Shown here: in pieces, positions 19,076 through 29,084 of the stretch
Position numbering within the stretch: the stretch's first letter is position 1
Layout of the letters: every line of letters starts with the position of its first letter
Assembly: GCA_050916045.1 (NCBI GenBank)
Contig: CP051526.1
Span: 3,616,001 to 3,680,000, forward strand
Length of the DNA: 64,000 nucleotides
Source: Tepidisphaera sp.
GTDB taxonomy: Bacteria > Planctomycetota > Phycisphaerae > Phycisphaerales > UBA1924
Reading direction: 5' to 3'
Translations under genes and position numbers: made by a program
Notes under the pieces: model-generated
Seen by the model: the letters and a program-made list of their open reading frames with translations, nothing else
What the model was told of the DNA's origin: nothing
The model's database searches: none

Positions 19076-19825
19076 ATGTCCCGTCAAACGCCTGTCGGGT
19101 TCGTCGGCCGGAAGGAGATCACCGCACGAACCATGCCGGCCGTTGGATACCCTCGGAGCGTGCGATGGGTTCGTCGGGCGATCGTGGTGGCTTGCATCCT
19201 GCTGTTCGCGGCGGGGTTGAACATCGTCATCGCCTGGGTATGGTGGGGCCGGGCCGTCGCGAGCGGAACACGGGAGATCCCGCCGACGCTCTTGGCGTCG
19301 CCGGTCGGTGTCTGGCCCGAGCCCTCGGGCCCGTGGCCCGCTCCGCGAGTCGCGACCGTGTCGTGCACGGGGTTTGACGCGACGACCCATGTGGTGAAAG
19401 CTCGGTGGACTTCAAGCGGCCTGGTGACCAGCGAAGCAAACTCCGACGTCGCTCGCACGCGGCTTGAGATCAGGATCGGTGTGCCGTTTCGCTGCGCGTC
19501 GAAGGTTGTTCGACAGGAGAATTGGTTCGTGCCGATTCCGCCCGGACATGTGCGAGCGGCAAACGTCGACGATGGTGTTCTGATTCCGGGAATGCCGCCG
19601 GGAATCACGTTGCCAATCCGTCCGATCTGGTCCGGATTCATCGCCAATACGGCCCTGATCGCGATTGCTTTGTTTCTGGCGGAGCGGCTGCTCGGACGGG
19701 TGATGCGCTGGCTCGCGCCGTGGAAGAGGCTCCGCATGGCGAGGAGGCTCTGCGGTGACTGCGGCTATGACCGCCGTGGGCTCGCGGGCGGCACGGCGTG
19801 CCCCGAGTGCGGAACGGTTCGGTAA
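19076..19825 (+). CDS. Two-TM membrane protein with C-terminal zinc ribbon (CxxCGY...CPECG)
   Basis: PIRPIWSGFIANT-TM, then CGDCGYDRRGLAGGTACPECG. The start is uncertain. Confidence 0.75.
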   Translation: MSRQTPVGFVGRKEITARTMPAVGYPRSVRWVRRAIVVACILLFAAGLNIVIAWVWWGRAVASGTREIPPTLLASPVGVWPEPSGPWPAPRVATVSCTGFDATTHVVKARWTSSGLVTSEANSDVARTRLEIRIGVPFRCASKVVRQENWFVPIPPGHVRAANVDDGVLIPGMPPGITLPIRPIWSGFIANTALIAIALFLAERLLGRVMRWLAPWKRLRMARRLCGDCGYDRRGLAGGTACPECGTVR

Positions 19826-20066
19826 CGCCGAGAGCGTCGTGGCACGGGTTGAACGGGAGGCCGAGTGCGACGACCATCCGATTCCTGCGGATGTCGCGGC
19901 ACTCCCGTTTATTGTTCCATCACGCTCGTGCCCGTGACGCCAGCCCCTCGAGGCCCAGAAGACCTGAGGTCAGTCATGACACCCGCCGTCTTCGTAGATT
20001 TCATCAAGCATCGTTCTGCGATTGGTCCGATGGAAGGCCGAGGTGGAGTCGTACATCGAAACATAT

Positions 20067-20567
20067 TCAGTACAGTACGAGGTTTCCGTCGCAGTTTATG
20101 CCTTCTCGCCCGCAGACGATATGCCCTGCGATGTAGGCACGCTCGATCAACGTGAACCAGCCGGGGGGCACGATCTCGTTGTACGCGTGCTCCATCACGA
20201 TGTGAATGAGATCCCAGCTCATTTGATCTTTAAACATCTTGCGCGTTTCATGCGACGAGTTGACGCATTCAATCGCCTCAAATATCGGGGTTTGAATGAT
20301 ATCCTTCGCCGTGCCAGCTACGGAATTATAGTCAGACACAGAGAAGCTTCCTGCTTTGCGAATCCGATCGCGAAGTGAATTGCCTTCTTCAACAAGAAAG
20401 GCCTCCCAGTCATCCGATTTCATGTAACGGCAAGCATCCTCGTCGTTTTTTGCCCATGCAATAGCTGGTTCAGCGTCGAGCTTCCCGAGTCGCGACAGGA
20501 GACGTCCGTCCAGAATCCACTGGCACTCCTGTGAAAGAACTTCGGACGCTGCGCGTGGCTTTTTCAT
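20067..20567 (-). CDS. AT-rich hypothetical protein, possible orphan immunity-type protein
   Basis: 166 aa ending WDLIH...YIAGHIVCGREG...GNLVLY; foreign composition. The function is inference. Confidence 0.65.
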   Translation of the reverse strand: MKKPRAASEVLSQECQWILDGRLLSRLGKLDAEPAIAWAKNDEDACRYMKSDDWEAFLVEEGNSLRDRIRKAGSFSVSDYNSVAGTAKDIIQTPIFEAIECVNSSHETRKMFKDQMSWDLIHIVMEHAYNEIVPPGWFTLIERAYIAGHIVCGREGINCDGNLVLY

Positions 20568-20940
20568 CAACGTGTCCACCTTGGTGCTGGCGGGCGGCAC
20601 CGATCGCACAATGAAGGCGATTCGTGCCACCGATCGCCGGTTCCTCCGGCGATCGGTGCCGAAGAACTCCGTGCGTTCGTGCTCGCGAGCGTCATCTCCA
20701 TCCCTTCCATTCCTCCCATCCTCGGCCCGGCGGCAAATCGCATTCGACCAACGGGGGTGGACCGCTCTCTCCAGTATACCGCGCCCACCATCGCGCGCTG
20801 GACCATTCCCAATTCGTCGGCGACGGCGGCCCGCACGAATGATCTGGAACGCTGGATCGCCCTTCGGTGAGGCTGCCAATCGTCGCAAGCCGCCCGACCG
20901 CGCAGGGATGTGCGGCGTCGGTTTCATCTAGAATACCCGT

Positions 20941-21588
20941 ATGCTGACGACAGCCACCCGACCGTACTCCGAAGCGGAACTCGACGCGTACTCCGAGCGC
21001 ATGGGTTCGGGTGCGACCTCCTTCGCGATGAGCTTGATCCTCGCGCTCACGATCGGGGGCCTCTCGGCTTTGGGGGCGTACGCGGTGCGTTGGCTTTACG
21101 CGTGGCTTACTTCGGGCTCGGCGGCGTGGACCGTCCCGCTGATCGTGGGCGGCGCGGTCGCGGTGCTGATCTTCGTCGGGCTCTGGCTCACATCGGACAA
21201 GGATGATTGGACCGAGCACCCGCCCCAGATCGCCACCGACGTGACCGCGACGGCGGATGCCGCGTGGGAGATCGAGAACGACAGCCTCGACACCCTTCTC
21301 GTGTTCCGTGTTGAGCCCGACCGCTTCCTGCTCCTCACCGGGTACTCGCTGACGCCTCCGATACGCGACGAGAACGCCCCCACCGACACCATCCCTTCGA
21401 ACATCCGTGCTGTGCTCATGGGCGAGGGTGAGTACCGGGTCGCGCTCGACGTGTCACTCGCAGGCTCCGTCATCCCGCTCGCCCAGGTCAGCACGATGCC
21501 GACGGACGATAAATCGCCGACCGCTGAAGGGCTTTCAAGCACGGCGGAGCTCCCCGAATGGATCCGACGGGCGATCGGCGTGGAGTGA
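20941..21588 (+). CDS. Two-TM membrane protein, paralog of 7864..8526
   Basis: TAGAAT 6 nt before ATG; shared motifs with the 7864 gene. Confidence 0.8.
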   Translation: MLTTATRPYSEAELDAYSERMGSGATSFAMSLILALTIGGLSALGAYAVRWLYAWLTSGSAAWTVPLIVGGAVAVLIFVGLWLTSDKDDWTEHPPQIATDVTATADAAWEIENDSLDTLLVFRVEPDRFLLLTGYSLTPPIRDENAPTDTIPSNIRAVLMGEGEYRVALDVSLAGSVIPLAQVSTMPTDDKSPTAEGLSSTAELPEWIRRAIGVE

Positions 21589-21625
21589 TCCTCGCCATAA
21601 GCCTCCCACCGGCATGCGACCGGCT

Positions 21626-22609
21626 TCACGTCGGACCGACGCGCACGACCACACTACCCACCTTGCGTCCCGTGTCGACGCGACGGTGTGCTTCCACGAT
21701 ATCGTGCAGGGAGTAGACCCCGTCGATGACCGGCTTGAGGTGCCCCTCCTCCACCAAACCCATCAGATACGCAAGGTCGGCTTTCTTCTCAGAGACGATC
21801 GCTCCCCGCACGCGACGGCTCCCGACGAATCGCGTCCAGAGCATCTGCCAGAACTCGGTGAGCCCCATGAGCACCGCGAGAAACTGCCCGCGAGGTGCCA
21901 GCACGCCCTTGCACTTCGCGAACGAGGTCGCGCCCACGGTGTCGAGGATGGCGTCGTAGGTCTCCGGACCACGCGTGTAGTCCTGCGTCGTCCGGTCGAT
22001 CACCGCCGAGGCCCCGAGCGCTCGGACGCGCTCGATGTTCGCGGTGCTGCAGACGCCGGTCACGTGCGCACCCATGTGCTTGCCCAGCTGCACCGCGGCG
22101 ACGCCGATGGAGCCCGACGCGCCGATGACGAGCAGCCGCAGACCGGGCTGGAGATTGGCCAGGTCACGCAAACAGTGCAGCGCGACCAAGCCACCGAACG
22201 GGATCGCCACCGCCTCTTCGTATGACAGGGTCGCGGGCATCTTCACGATCGCGGCGTCTTCGCGGACGCACACCAACTCGGCGTGAGCCCCCATCTTCAT
22301 CCCCACCGCCGCTACGACACGATCGCCGGGCTTGAACGTCGTGACCTTCGCGCCGACAGCCTCGACGACGCCGGCACACTCCGTGCCGAGCACCTGCTTG
22401 CGAGGACCGAAGATACCGAGAGCCAGCGGGGCGATCAGCGTGAACACCGGCGCGGGCATGATCCTGGCCCGCATCCGCCAGTCCCCGGTCGTCACCGTGG
22501 TGGCCTGCACGCGGATCAGCACATCGGCTTCGCCGGGAACGGGGTCGGCGATCTCTGCGATGCGCACGACTTCGGGCGGGCCGAACTTGGTGTAGATGGC
22601 GGCTTTCAT
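21626..22609 (-). CDS. NAD(P)-dependent alcohol dehydrogenase/quinone reductase (MDR family)
   Basis: MKAAIYTKFGPPEV, GTECAGVVEAVG, GASGSIGVAAVQL and EAHRRVDTGRKVGSVV motifs. Confidence 0.92.
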   Translation of the reverse strand: MKAAIYTKFGPPEVVRIAEIADPVPGEADVLIRVQATTVTTGDWRMRARIMPAPVFTLIAPLALGIFGPRKQVLGTECAGVVEAVGAKVTTFKPGDRVVAAVGMKMGAHAELVCVREDAAIVKMPATLSYEEAVAIPFGGLVALHCLRDLANLQPGLRLLVIGASGSIGVAAVQLGKHMGAHVTGVCSTANIERVRALGASAVIDRTTQDYTRGPETYDAILDTVGATSFAKCKGVLAPRGQFLAVLMGLTEFWQMLWTRFVGSRRVRGAIVSEKKADLAYLMGLVEEGHLKPVIDGVYSLHDIVEAHRRVDTGRKVGSVVVRVGPT

Positions 22610-22662
22610 CGTCCAGCGTATCGCTTCGCACTGGGGGCGGCGAGGCACCGCGTCCGCCAATG

Positions 22663-22697
22663 AACAACGCCAAGGCTTCGAAAGCCTTGGCGTTGCT
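22663..22697 (-). terminator. Strong hairpin after the S1-domain gene
   Basis: CAACGCCAAGGCTT/AAGCCTTGGCGTTG 14-bp stem. Confidence 0.7.
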
Positions 22698-22723
22698 GTT
22701 GGTCTCATTGAATGTCGACTGGC

Positions 22724-24040
22724 TTAGCCCAGGCCGCCCTTGAACTTGGTGACCTTCTGCGTCGCCTGAGCCTTCAAGCGGCGGAAAGCGGGGGATTCCT
22801 TCATGATTTCCTCGGCGGTCTTGCCGGGGGGGCCGTCCTTCTTGTTGCGACCACCGCCGCTGCCACCGACGGGGGCCGGGGCGGGCTTCATGGCTTTGAT
22901 CGAGAGGCTGATCTTGCGGCTGTCCTTCTCGACCTTCAGCACCTTGACCTGCACGATCTCGTCGACCTTGATGACGTCCTCGACGCGGTTGACGCGGCGG
23001 TAGTCAAGCTCGGAGATGTGGACGAGGCCCTCGACGCCGGCGGAGATCTCGACGAACGCGCCGAACTCGAGGATCTTCGTCACGCGCCCGGTGAGCTCGG
23101 CGCCCTCGGTGATGCTCGCGGAAGCGGTCTGGAACGGGTCGGTCGAAAGCTGCTTGAGGCCCAGGCCGATGCGGTCGTTGTCCCAGTCGATCTTGAGGAC
23201 GCGGACGGTGACCTTCTGGCCTTCCTTGACGAACTTCTCGATGGCTTTTTCGCCGTAGCCGATGCGGTCGTAGGTGATGTCGGAGATGTGGACGAGGCCG
23301 TCGATGCCGCCGAGGTCTACGAAGACGCCGAAGGGCATGATCTTGCGGACGGTGCCCTCGAGGGTGTCGCCTTCCTGGAGCTTGGTCTTCATGACCTCGG
23401 CCTGCTCCTTACGGTCACGCTCGAGGACGTTGCGGCGGGAGAGGACGATGTTGCCCGAACCCATGCGCTCAACGCGGACGATCTCGCACTTGAGACGCTC
23501 GCCGACGAAGATGGAGAGGTCGGGGATGCGCTCGACGGAGACCTGGCTGGCGGGCATGAAGGCGCGGTGGTTGGCGATCTCGAGCTCGAGGCCGCCCTTG
23601 CTGACGCCGGTGACCTTGGCTTCGACGACCTGGCCGGCTTCGAGGAGCTCCCAGTCGGCTTTCTGGACCGAGCCGGGCTTGGAGCAGACGAAGAGGCTTT
23701 CGGAGGCTTCGTACTTGTCGATGACGACGCCGATCTGGTCGCCGACCTTGGGAAGCTCGTCATCCTTGTACTGGAGGCGGGGGACGATGCCGAGTTCCTT
23801 GGGGCCGAACTCCACGAAGATGTCCGAGGCGCCGACGGAGACGACGGTGCCGGTGCGGTGTTCGCGGCCGGCCTGAACCACCCGCGGGCCGCGGATGCCG
23901 GGCTTGGGACCCGCGCCGGAAGCGGCAGCGGACCCGGAAGCCTTGTTGGCGGGGACGGGAGCCTTCATCGCCTGATTCATGGCGGCTTCCATCTCGGCGT
24001 TCAGGTCGTTCGTGGCGGACTCGGGGGAATTGGTGGACAT
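22724..24040 (-). CDS. S1 RNA-binding domain protein (ribosomal protein S1-like, 4 S1 domains)
   Basis: RAFMPASQV, FGVFVDLGGIDGLVHISDI and FGAFVEISAGVEGLVHISEL repeats. Confidence 0.92.
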   Translation of the reverse strand: MSTNSPESATNDLNAEMEAAMNQAMKAPVPANKASGSAAASGAGPKPGIRGPRVVQAGREHRTGTVVSVGASDIFVEFGPKELGIVPRLQYKDDELPKVGDQIGVVIDKYEASESLFVCSKPGSVQKADWELLEAGQVVEAKVTGVSKGGLELEIANHRAFMPASQVSVERIPDLSIFVGERLKCEIVRVERMGSGNIVLSRRNVLERDRKEQAEVMKTKLQEGDTLEGTVRKIMPFGVFVDLGGIDGLVHISDITYDRIGYGEKAIEKFVKEGQKVTVRVLKIDWDNDRIGLGLKQLSTDPFQTASASITEGAELTGRVTKILEFGAFVEISAGVEGLVHISELDYRRVNRVEDVIKVDEIVQVKVLKVEKDSRKISLSIKAMKPAPAPVGGSGGGRNKKDGPPGKTAEEIMKESPAFRRLKAQATQKVTKFKGGLG

Positions 24041-24235
24041 AAATGCTTCTCGGATCGTGAGGTCGGCCGCTGTTTGAGACCCCCGACGGGCCGAAACCTC
24101 CGTTTCGTCGGGAACTGGAAGTATAGGGGGGAGCCCCGACGCGGCCAACACGAAGCGGAACCCCGTCCAAGCCCGGGGGCGACCAGAGTCGGGATCGGTT
24201 CGCGGTGGGTTGTGCCGCCGTTCATATCATCCCCC

Positions 24236-25348
24236 ATGCCTGAGCCCGCTTTTCTGCCTCGCATCGCGGTCACCATGGGCGATCCGGGCGGGATCGGGCC
24301 CGAAGTGATCGCGAAGGCGCTCGCGGAATCTGGGCTCGCCAAGCGGGCGGATTGGCGGATCGTCGGCCCCGCGAACGCGTGGCAGGCCGCTTTGCGGCTC
24401 TCGGGCTCGCCGGTCGCCGCGACCGACGCCTGGGTCGGGGACTGGGGCTCCGGACGTGCGCCGCAACCGGGCGTCACCGTCCTCCGCGACAGCTTCACCA
24501 CCCGCGAAGCCTACCACGAGATCGCGCACAAGCCGCCCGCCAAGCCCGACGCCAAGTCCGGCCGCGCGTCGTTCCTCTGCGTCGCCGACGCGATCGCGAT
24601 GGCCAAGCTGCCGGCTGAGCATCCGCTCCACGTCGACGCGATCGTCACCGGTCCCATCAGCAAGGAAGCTTGGAAACTCGCGGGCCACGGCGAGTTCCCC
24701 GGGCACACCGAGATGCTCGCTCACGGGTTCGGGATTCCCGATGGCGACTTCGGGATGTTCTTCCACGCTCCGCCCGCCTCCTCAGGCGGCCCCGCGCTCA
24801 ACGTGATGCTCGCGACCGTGCACGTCCCGCTGTCGCGTGTCCCGGGGATGCTCACGATCGGTCGCGTGACGCAAGCGATCAAGCTCGGACATGAATCGTG
24901 CCTGGACCTTGGCTTTGCGAAGCCGCGCGTCGCGGTCTGTGGCCTCAATCCGCACGCGGGGGAGAACGGCGTTCTCGGGACGGAAGATGACGCGGTGATC
25001 AAGCCGGCGATCGAAGCCGCTCGCGAGCTTGGGATCGACGCTTCGGGCCCGCACCCGGGCGACACGGTCTTCGGAGCCGCGGTTCGCGGGAAGTACGACC
25101 TCGTCGTCGCGATGTACCACGACCAGGGCCTGATCCCGGTGAAGCTGCTCGCGTTCGACCGGGCGGTGAACGTGACGGTGGGCTTGGCGTGGCAGGGCCG
25201 GCGGATCATCCGAACCAGCCCCGACCACGGGACCGCGTTCGACATCGCGGGCGGGGTCCACGGCAAGGGCGTCGCCGACCCGGGGAGCATGAAAGCGGCG
25301 ATGGAGCTGGCGGTTACGCTCTGTGAAATCGCCCGACCGTCGATCTGA
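24236..25348 (+). CDS. pdxA: 4-hydroxythreonine-4-phosphate dehydrogenase
   Basis: TMGDPGGIGPE, PGHTE, GLNPHAGENG, AMYHDQGLIPVK and RTSPDHGTAFDIAG motifs. Confidence 0.95.
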   Translation: MPEPAFLPRIAVTMGDPGGIGPEVIAKALAESGLAKRADWRIVGPANAWQAALRLSGSPVAATDAWVGDWGSGRAPQPGVTVLRDSFTTREAYHEIAHKPPAKPDAKSGRASFLCVADAIAMAKLPAEHPLHVDAIVTGPISKEAWKLAGHGEFPGHTEMLAHGFGIPDGDFGMFFHAPPASSGGPALNVMLATVHVPLSRVPGMLTIGRVTQAIKLGHESCLDLGFAKPRVAVCGLNPHAGENGVLGTEDDAVIKPAIEAARELGIDASGPHPGDTVFGAAVRGKYDLVVAMYHDQGLIPVKLLAFDRAVNVTVGLAWQGRRIIRTSPDHGTAFDIAGGVHGKGVADPGSMKAAMELAVTLCEIARPSI

Positions 25349-25447
25349 CGCTTCGCTATCAAAAAGAAAGAGGCTTTGCGTGTGCCGTCGGTTACAATCT
25401 CGTCTGACTCGGCGGATCGTCCCTCAATTCGTACGGAGCGGCACTCG

Positions 25448-26641
25448 ATGACATCGGCGACACACACGCGGAACTGGTTCGGCATCGCGGCGGTCTCGGC
25501 GTTCTGCATGATCGGTGCTCCGATCCAAACTCTCGCCCAACCCCTCGGCATCCTCGGAGCCATCGGCGACAGCTTGACCGATGAATATGCCGAGGAGACG
25601 TACGACTACGCCCGCAACTGGACCATGCTCGTCGTTGATGAGCGGAACGTCGATATGGGCCCCACCGCTCTCGAAGCCGGCCGTCCCGGCGGCACCTGGG
25701 GCGAGCCGCGCCGCACCGGGTACCAAGCCAACTTCGCCCGCTACGGCGCGGACAGCACCGACGCCCTCACCACCGGCCAGCACACCCGCGTCGCGAGCCT
25801 TGTCGGAGCCGGAGGCGTGACGCACATCGTTGTCGCCATCGGCGCCAACGACTTCTCCCCCACGTCCGACGCGTACTTCAACATCTACTTCAACCTCTGG
25901 TCCGCGTCGCGCATCACCAACTACGTCAACGCGAGCATCGCCAACATCGAAAACACGGTCACGACACTTCGCCAAGCCGGGGCGGAGGTCGTCCTCTGCA
26001 ACGTGCTCGACTTCGGGATGGTCCCGGCGTCGCGACAGTTCTTTGGCAACGCCGGCAACCGGCAGCGGGTTGCGAACGCCGTCGCCCGCGTCAATCAGGG
26101 GATCGCCCGCATCGCCGATGAGCAGGACGTCGTGCTCGTCGACCTCGCGGCGATGGGAACGACGATTCTCGGCACGCACGCGTCGATCCGCCAGACGCTG
26201 GTGATCGGCGGCGTCACGATCGGGGTGACGCGCCGCGACACGGCGTCGAACACGGATCCGCTCGCCGGGTTTGTCGACGACGGCGCCCATCCTCACACGA
26301 CGCTTCAGGGCGCTTTCGCGAACCTGATGATGACGGCACTGAACGTGGGCTGGGGTACGGGGTTCACGATGTTCACCGACCGCGAGATCCTGGAAGCCGC
26401 GGGGATCGCGTACGGCGGCTCGGAGACGCTTTCGGCCGCGATTGGCCCGTACGAGTCGTACGTCCGGTCCTTCGTCTGCCGCGCGGATTTCAACCGCGAC
26501 GGGTTCCTGGACTTCTTCGACTACGACGAGTTCGTCGCCGGATTCGAAGTCGGGTCGCCGACGTGCGACTTCAACCGGGACGGATTCCTGGACTTCTTCG
26601 ACTACGACGACTTCGTGTTCGCGTACGAAGCTGGGTGCTGA
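25448..26641 (+). CDS. SGNH/GDSL hydrolase with dockerin-like C-terminus
   Basis: GDSL, GAND and DGAHP blocks; dockerin-GC tail. Confidence 0.88.
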   Translation: MTSATHTRNWFGIAAVSAFCMIGAPIQTLAQPLGILGAIGDSLTDEYAEETYDYARNWTMLVVDERNVDMGPTALEAGRPGGTWGEPRRTGYQANFARYGADSTDALTTGQHTRVASLVGAGGVTHIVVAIGANDFSPTSDAYFNIYFNLWSASRITNYVNASIANIENTVTTLRQAGAEVVLCNVLDFGMVPASRQFFGNAGNRQRVANAVARVNQGIARIADEQDVVLVDLAAMGTTILGTHASIRQTLVIGGVTIGVTRRDTASNTDPLAGFVDDGAHPHTTLQGAFANLMMTALNVGWGTGFTMFTDREILEAAGIAYGGSETLSAAIGPYESYVRSFVCRADFNRDGFLDFFDYDEFVAGFEVGSPTCDFNRDGFLDFFDYDDFVFAYEAGC

Positions 26642-26677
26642 TCGCCGCCGGGCCGAGAACCTCGCTGGACCTCGGCT

Positions 26678-26705
26678 TTCGATGAAGATTTCACGAATCC
26701 TTCAG
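26678..26705 (+). promoter_or_regulatory. Pho-box-like 11-bp-period direct repeat upstream of phosphatase gene
   Basis: TTCAC (26690) and TTCAG (26701), with a degenerate TCGAT (26679), at 11-bp spacing. Confidence 0.4.
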
Positions 26706-26823
26706 CGAGATCGCCGCGTCCTCGGCGTGCCGGGCGCGGGCCATCGTCGCACCGATTATGCTGGGTACCTCGCCGGTTAAGCGTGGCCAATGTCCGCTTC
26801 GCGGTGATTCTGAGGGCCTCTCG

Positions 26824-28896
26824 ATGAAGCGATTTCTTTGCGCGGTCGTGCTGATGACATCTCCTCTCGTGGCGGAACAACAGGCTTTCGCCCAGCCGAT
26901 CCACCGCAAAGCTCTGGTGATCGGGGTCGACGGCGTGCGTCCCGACGCCCTGCGAGCCGCAAACACGCCGGCGATTGACGGCCTTATCGCCGACGGTGCT
27001 GCGAGTTGGTCCTGTCTCGCCGAGGACATCACCATCAGCGGCCCCTGCTGGTCGACGGTTCTAACCGGGGTGCACCGCAACAAGCATCTGGTCACAAGCA
27101 ACTCGTTCATCCCCAACGCGCTGGCGACGTATCCGCACTTCTTCGCGCGGCTTCGTGGAACGGGCCAGACGCAGGGGGCGTGCGCGGATATCCGGACCGC
27201 TTCCATCGCACACTGGGCCCCGATCAACAACAACATTCTGCTGGGCGCGGCGGACGTCATCCAGTCCGTAGCGACCGACGACGGCGTGCGCGACGCCTGC
27301 CGGGCGCTGCTCGCCGCCGACACGACCGACCTCATCTTCGTCCATTTCGACGACGTCGACTACGCCGGGCACGCTTCTGGCTTCTCTCCGGCGAATCCCT
27401 CGTACATCGCCGCGATCGAACAGACCGATGCGCGAATCGGGATCATTGTGGATGCGATCGAGTCGCGCCCCACGTACGCCTCAGAAGATTGGCTGATACT
27501 CGTCACGACCGACCACGGCGGAAGCGGCACCTCCCACGGCCAGAACATCCCCGAGCATCGCAACGTCTTCATGGTCGTCTCGGGCGCATCGACCGCCGCG
27601 GGCACGGTGATCCCCGGCACCATCACGCTCGCCGACGTCGCTCCCACCGTCCTGCGATTCCTAGGAGTTCAGCCCGATCCGGCGTGGGGATGGGATGGCG
27701 TCCCCGTCGGTCTCGACATGGGCTCAAGCCCCTCCGAGCCTGTTCGATGCACGGTCCGGCGCACGCTTCTCAGCGAGGATTTCGAGTCCGTGCCGCTGGG
27801 ACCGAGTGTCAACGAAGCACCCGCCCAAGGGGTGTGGAGCGGGACACCCCCGCTGGGCTGGACGGTGGATGACAGCGGCGTGCCCGGCGTGAACAACCCC
27901 GCCGTCGGCGTCACCGAGTGGGAAGGCTGGGCGATCACGCGCAAGGACTGGTGGGTCTCCATCGCGGCCGACCAGAACCGATCACAGTTCACCCGTGGCG
28001 TCGGAGCCGTCGCCGTCGCGGATCCGGACGAGTGGGACGACCGCGGCACGCCGAGCAATCTCGGGCCCTACAACGCGCGGCTTTCCACCCCGGCGGTCTC
28101 GCTGCTCGGGGTGGCTCCCGGTTCGGTCCGCGTCCGATTCGACTCGAGCTGGCGTCAGGAAGGCTTGCAGCGAGCCCTGCTCACCGCGAGGTTCGACGGC
28201 GGACCGGCCGTGACGCTTCTGGACTGGCGCTCCGCCGCCGGCCCCAACTTCAAGCCCGACGCGACCAACGAGTCCGTGAGCCTCGGCGTGCCCAACCCGC
28301 CGGGTGCCCAGACCATGACCCTGGAGTTCGCGCTCCTCGACGCCGGCAACAACTGGTGGTGGGCGATCGATCATCTCGTCGTCGAAGGCGCGTGCGAAGC
28401 CTCCATCGCTTCCCAGCCCGCGCCCGTCACGGCCTGCGATGCCGGGCCCGCGAGCTTCGCGGTCGCGGCGACCGGCCAGGGGCCCTTCGCCTACCGGTGG
28501 CAATGGACGCCCTCGAACGCACCGGAATCGTGGCAGGACCTGGTCGAGGGCGAGAACGGCGGCGGCCCGGGACAACGGTTCATCGCGCTGGGCGCGGCAT
28601 CGCAAAGCCTCACGCTCCGCCGAGCCGGTTCGGGCGACTCCCTTGCCGCGGTGGGCGCGGTCCGCTGCACCATCTTCGACGCGTGCGGATCGCTGGTCTC
28701 GCAGCCGGCCACGCTCTCGGTCTGCCCGGCCGACTTTAACTGCGATGGGTTCCTCGACTTCTTCGACTACGACGATTACGTGAACTGCTTCGAAACCGGA
28801 ACCTGTAGCGACGGCACGGCGGACTTCAACGGCGACGGGTTCGTCGACTTCTTCGACTACGACGACTTCGTCGCGGGGTTCGAGGCGGGGTGCTGA
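26824..28896 (+). CDS. Alkaline phosphatase superfamily (phosphodiesterase/NPP-type) protein with beta-sandwich, Ig and dockerin-like domains
   Basis: LVIGVDGVRPD, TISGPCWSTVLTG, DDVDYAGH and TTDHGG motifs; dockerin-GC tail. Confidence 0.9.
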   Translation: MKRFLCAVVLMTSPLVAEQQAFAQPIHRKALVIGVDGVRPDALRAANTPAIDGLIADGAASWSCLAEDITISGPCWSTVLTGVHRNKHLVTSNSFIPNALATYPHFFARLRGTGQTQGACADIRTASIAHWAPINNNILLGAADVIQSVATDDGVRDACRALLAADTTDLIFVHFDDVDYAGHASGFSPANPSYIAAIEQTDARIGIIVDAIESRPTYASEDWLILVTTDHGGSGTSHGQNIPEHRNVFMVVSGASTAAGTVIPGTITLADVAPTVLRFLGVQPDPAWGWDGVPVGLDMGSSPSEPVRCTVRRTLLSEDFESVPLGPSVNEAPAQGVWSGTPPLGWTVDDSGVPGVNNPAVGVTEWEGWAITRKDWWVSIAADQNRSQFTRGVGAVAVADPDEWDDRGTPSNLGPYNARLSTPAVSLLGVAPGSVRVRFDSSWRQEGLQRALLTARFDGGPAVTLLDWRSAAGPNFKPDATNESVSLGVPNPPGAQTMTLEFALLDAGNNWWWAIDHLVVEGACEASIASQPAPVTACDAGPASFAVAATGQGPFAYRWQWTPSNAPESWQDLVEGENGGGPGQRFIALGAASQSLTLRRAGSGDSLAAVGAVRCTIFDACGSLVSQPATLSVCPADFNCDGFLDFFDYDDYVNCFETGTCSDGTADFNGDGFVDFFDYDDFVAGFEAGC

Positions 28897-29084
28897 TCCG
28901 TCCCGGTCAAGGGCGGTACTGGGCCTAGCAAAGAACGCCGATGGTCCGGGATCGGATTGTCTCGATTTTCGTGAGCCTTGCAAGCATCGGACGGTGCGAA
29001 TCCATGGGAGGATGTCGGTCCGACCTCGAGAGGCCAGGCCGGCGTCACCTTGTTTTTCGCCGCCCACGCGGCAGGGAGTCGTCG

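Noticed and set aside
22712..24235. 878-aa PdxA fusion from the ORF track
   Set aside because: The N-terminal 508 codons are the antisense shadow of the S1-domain gene; PdxA starts at 24236.
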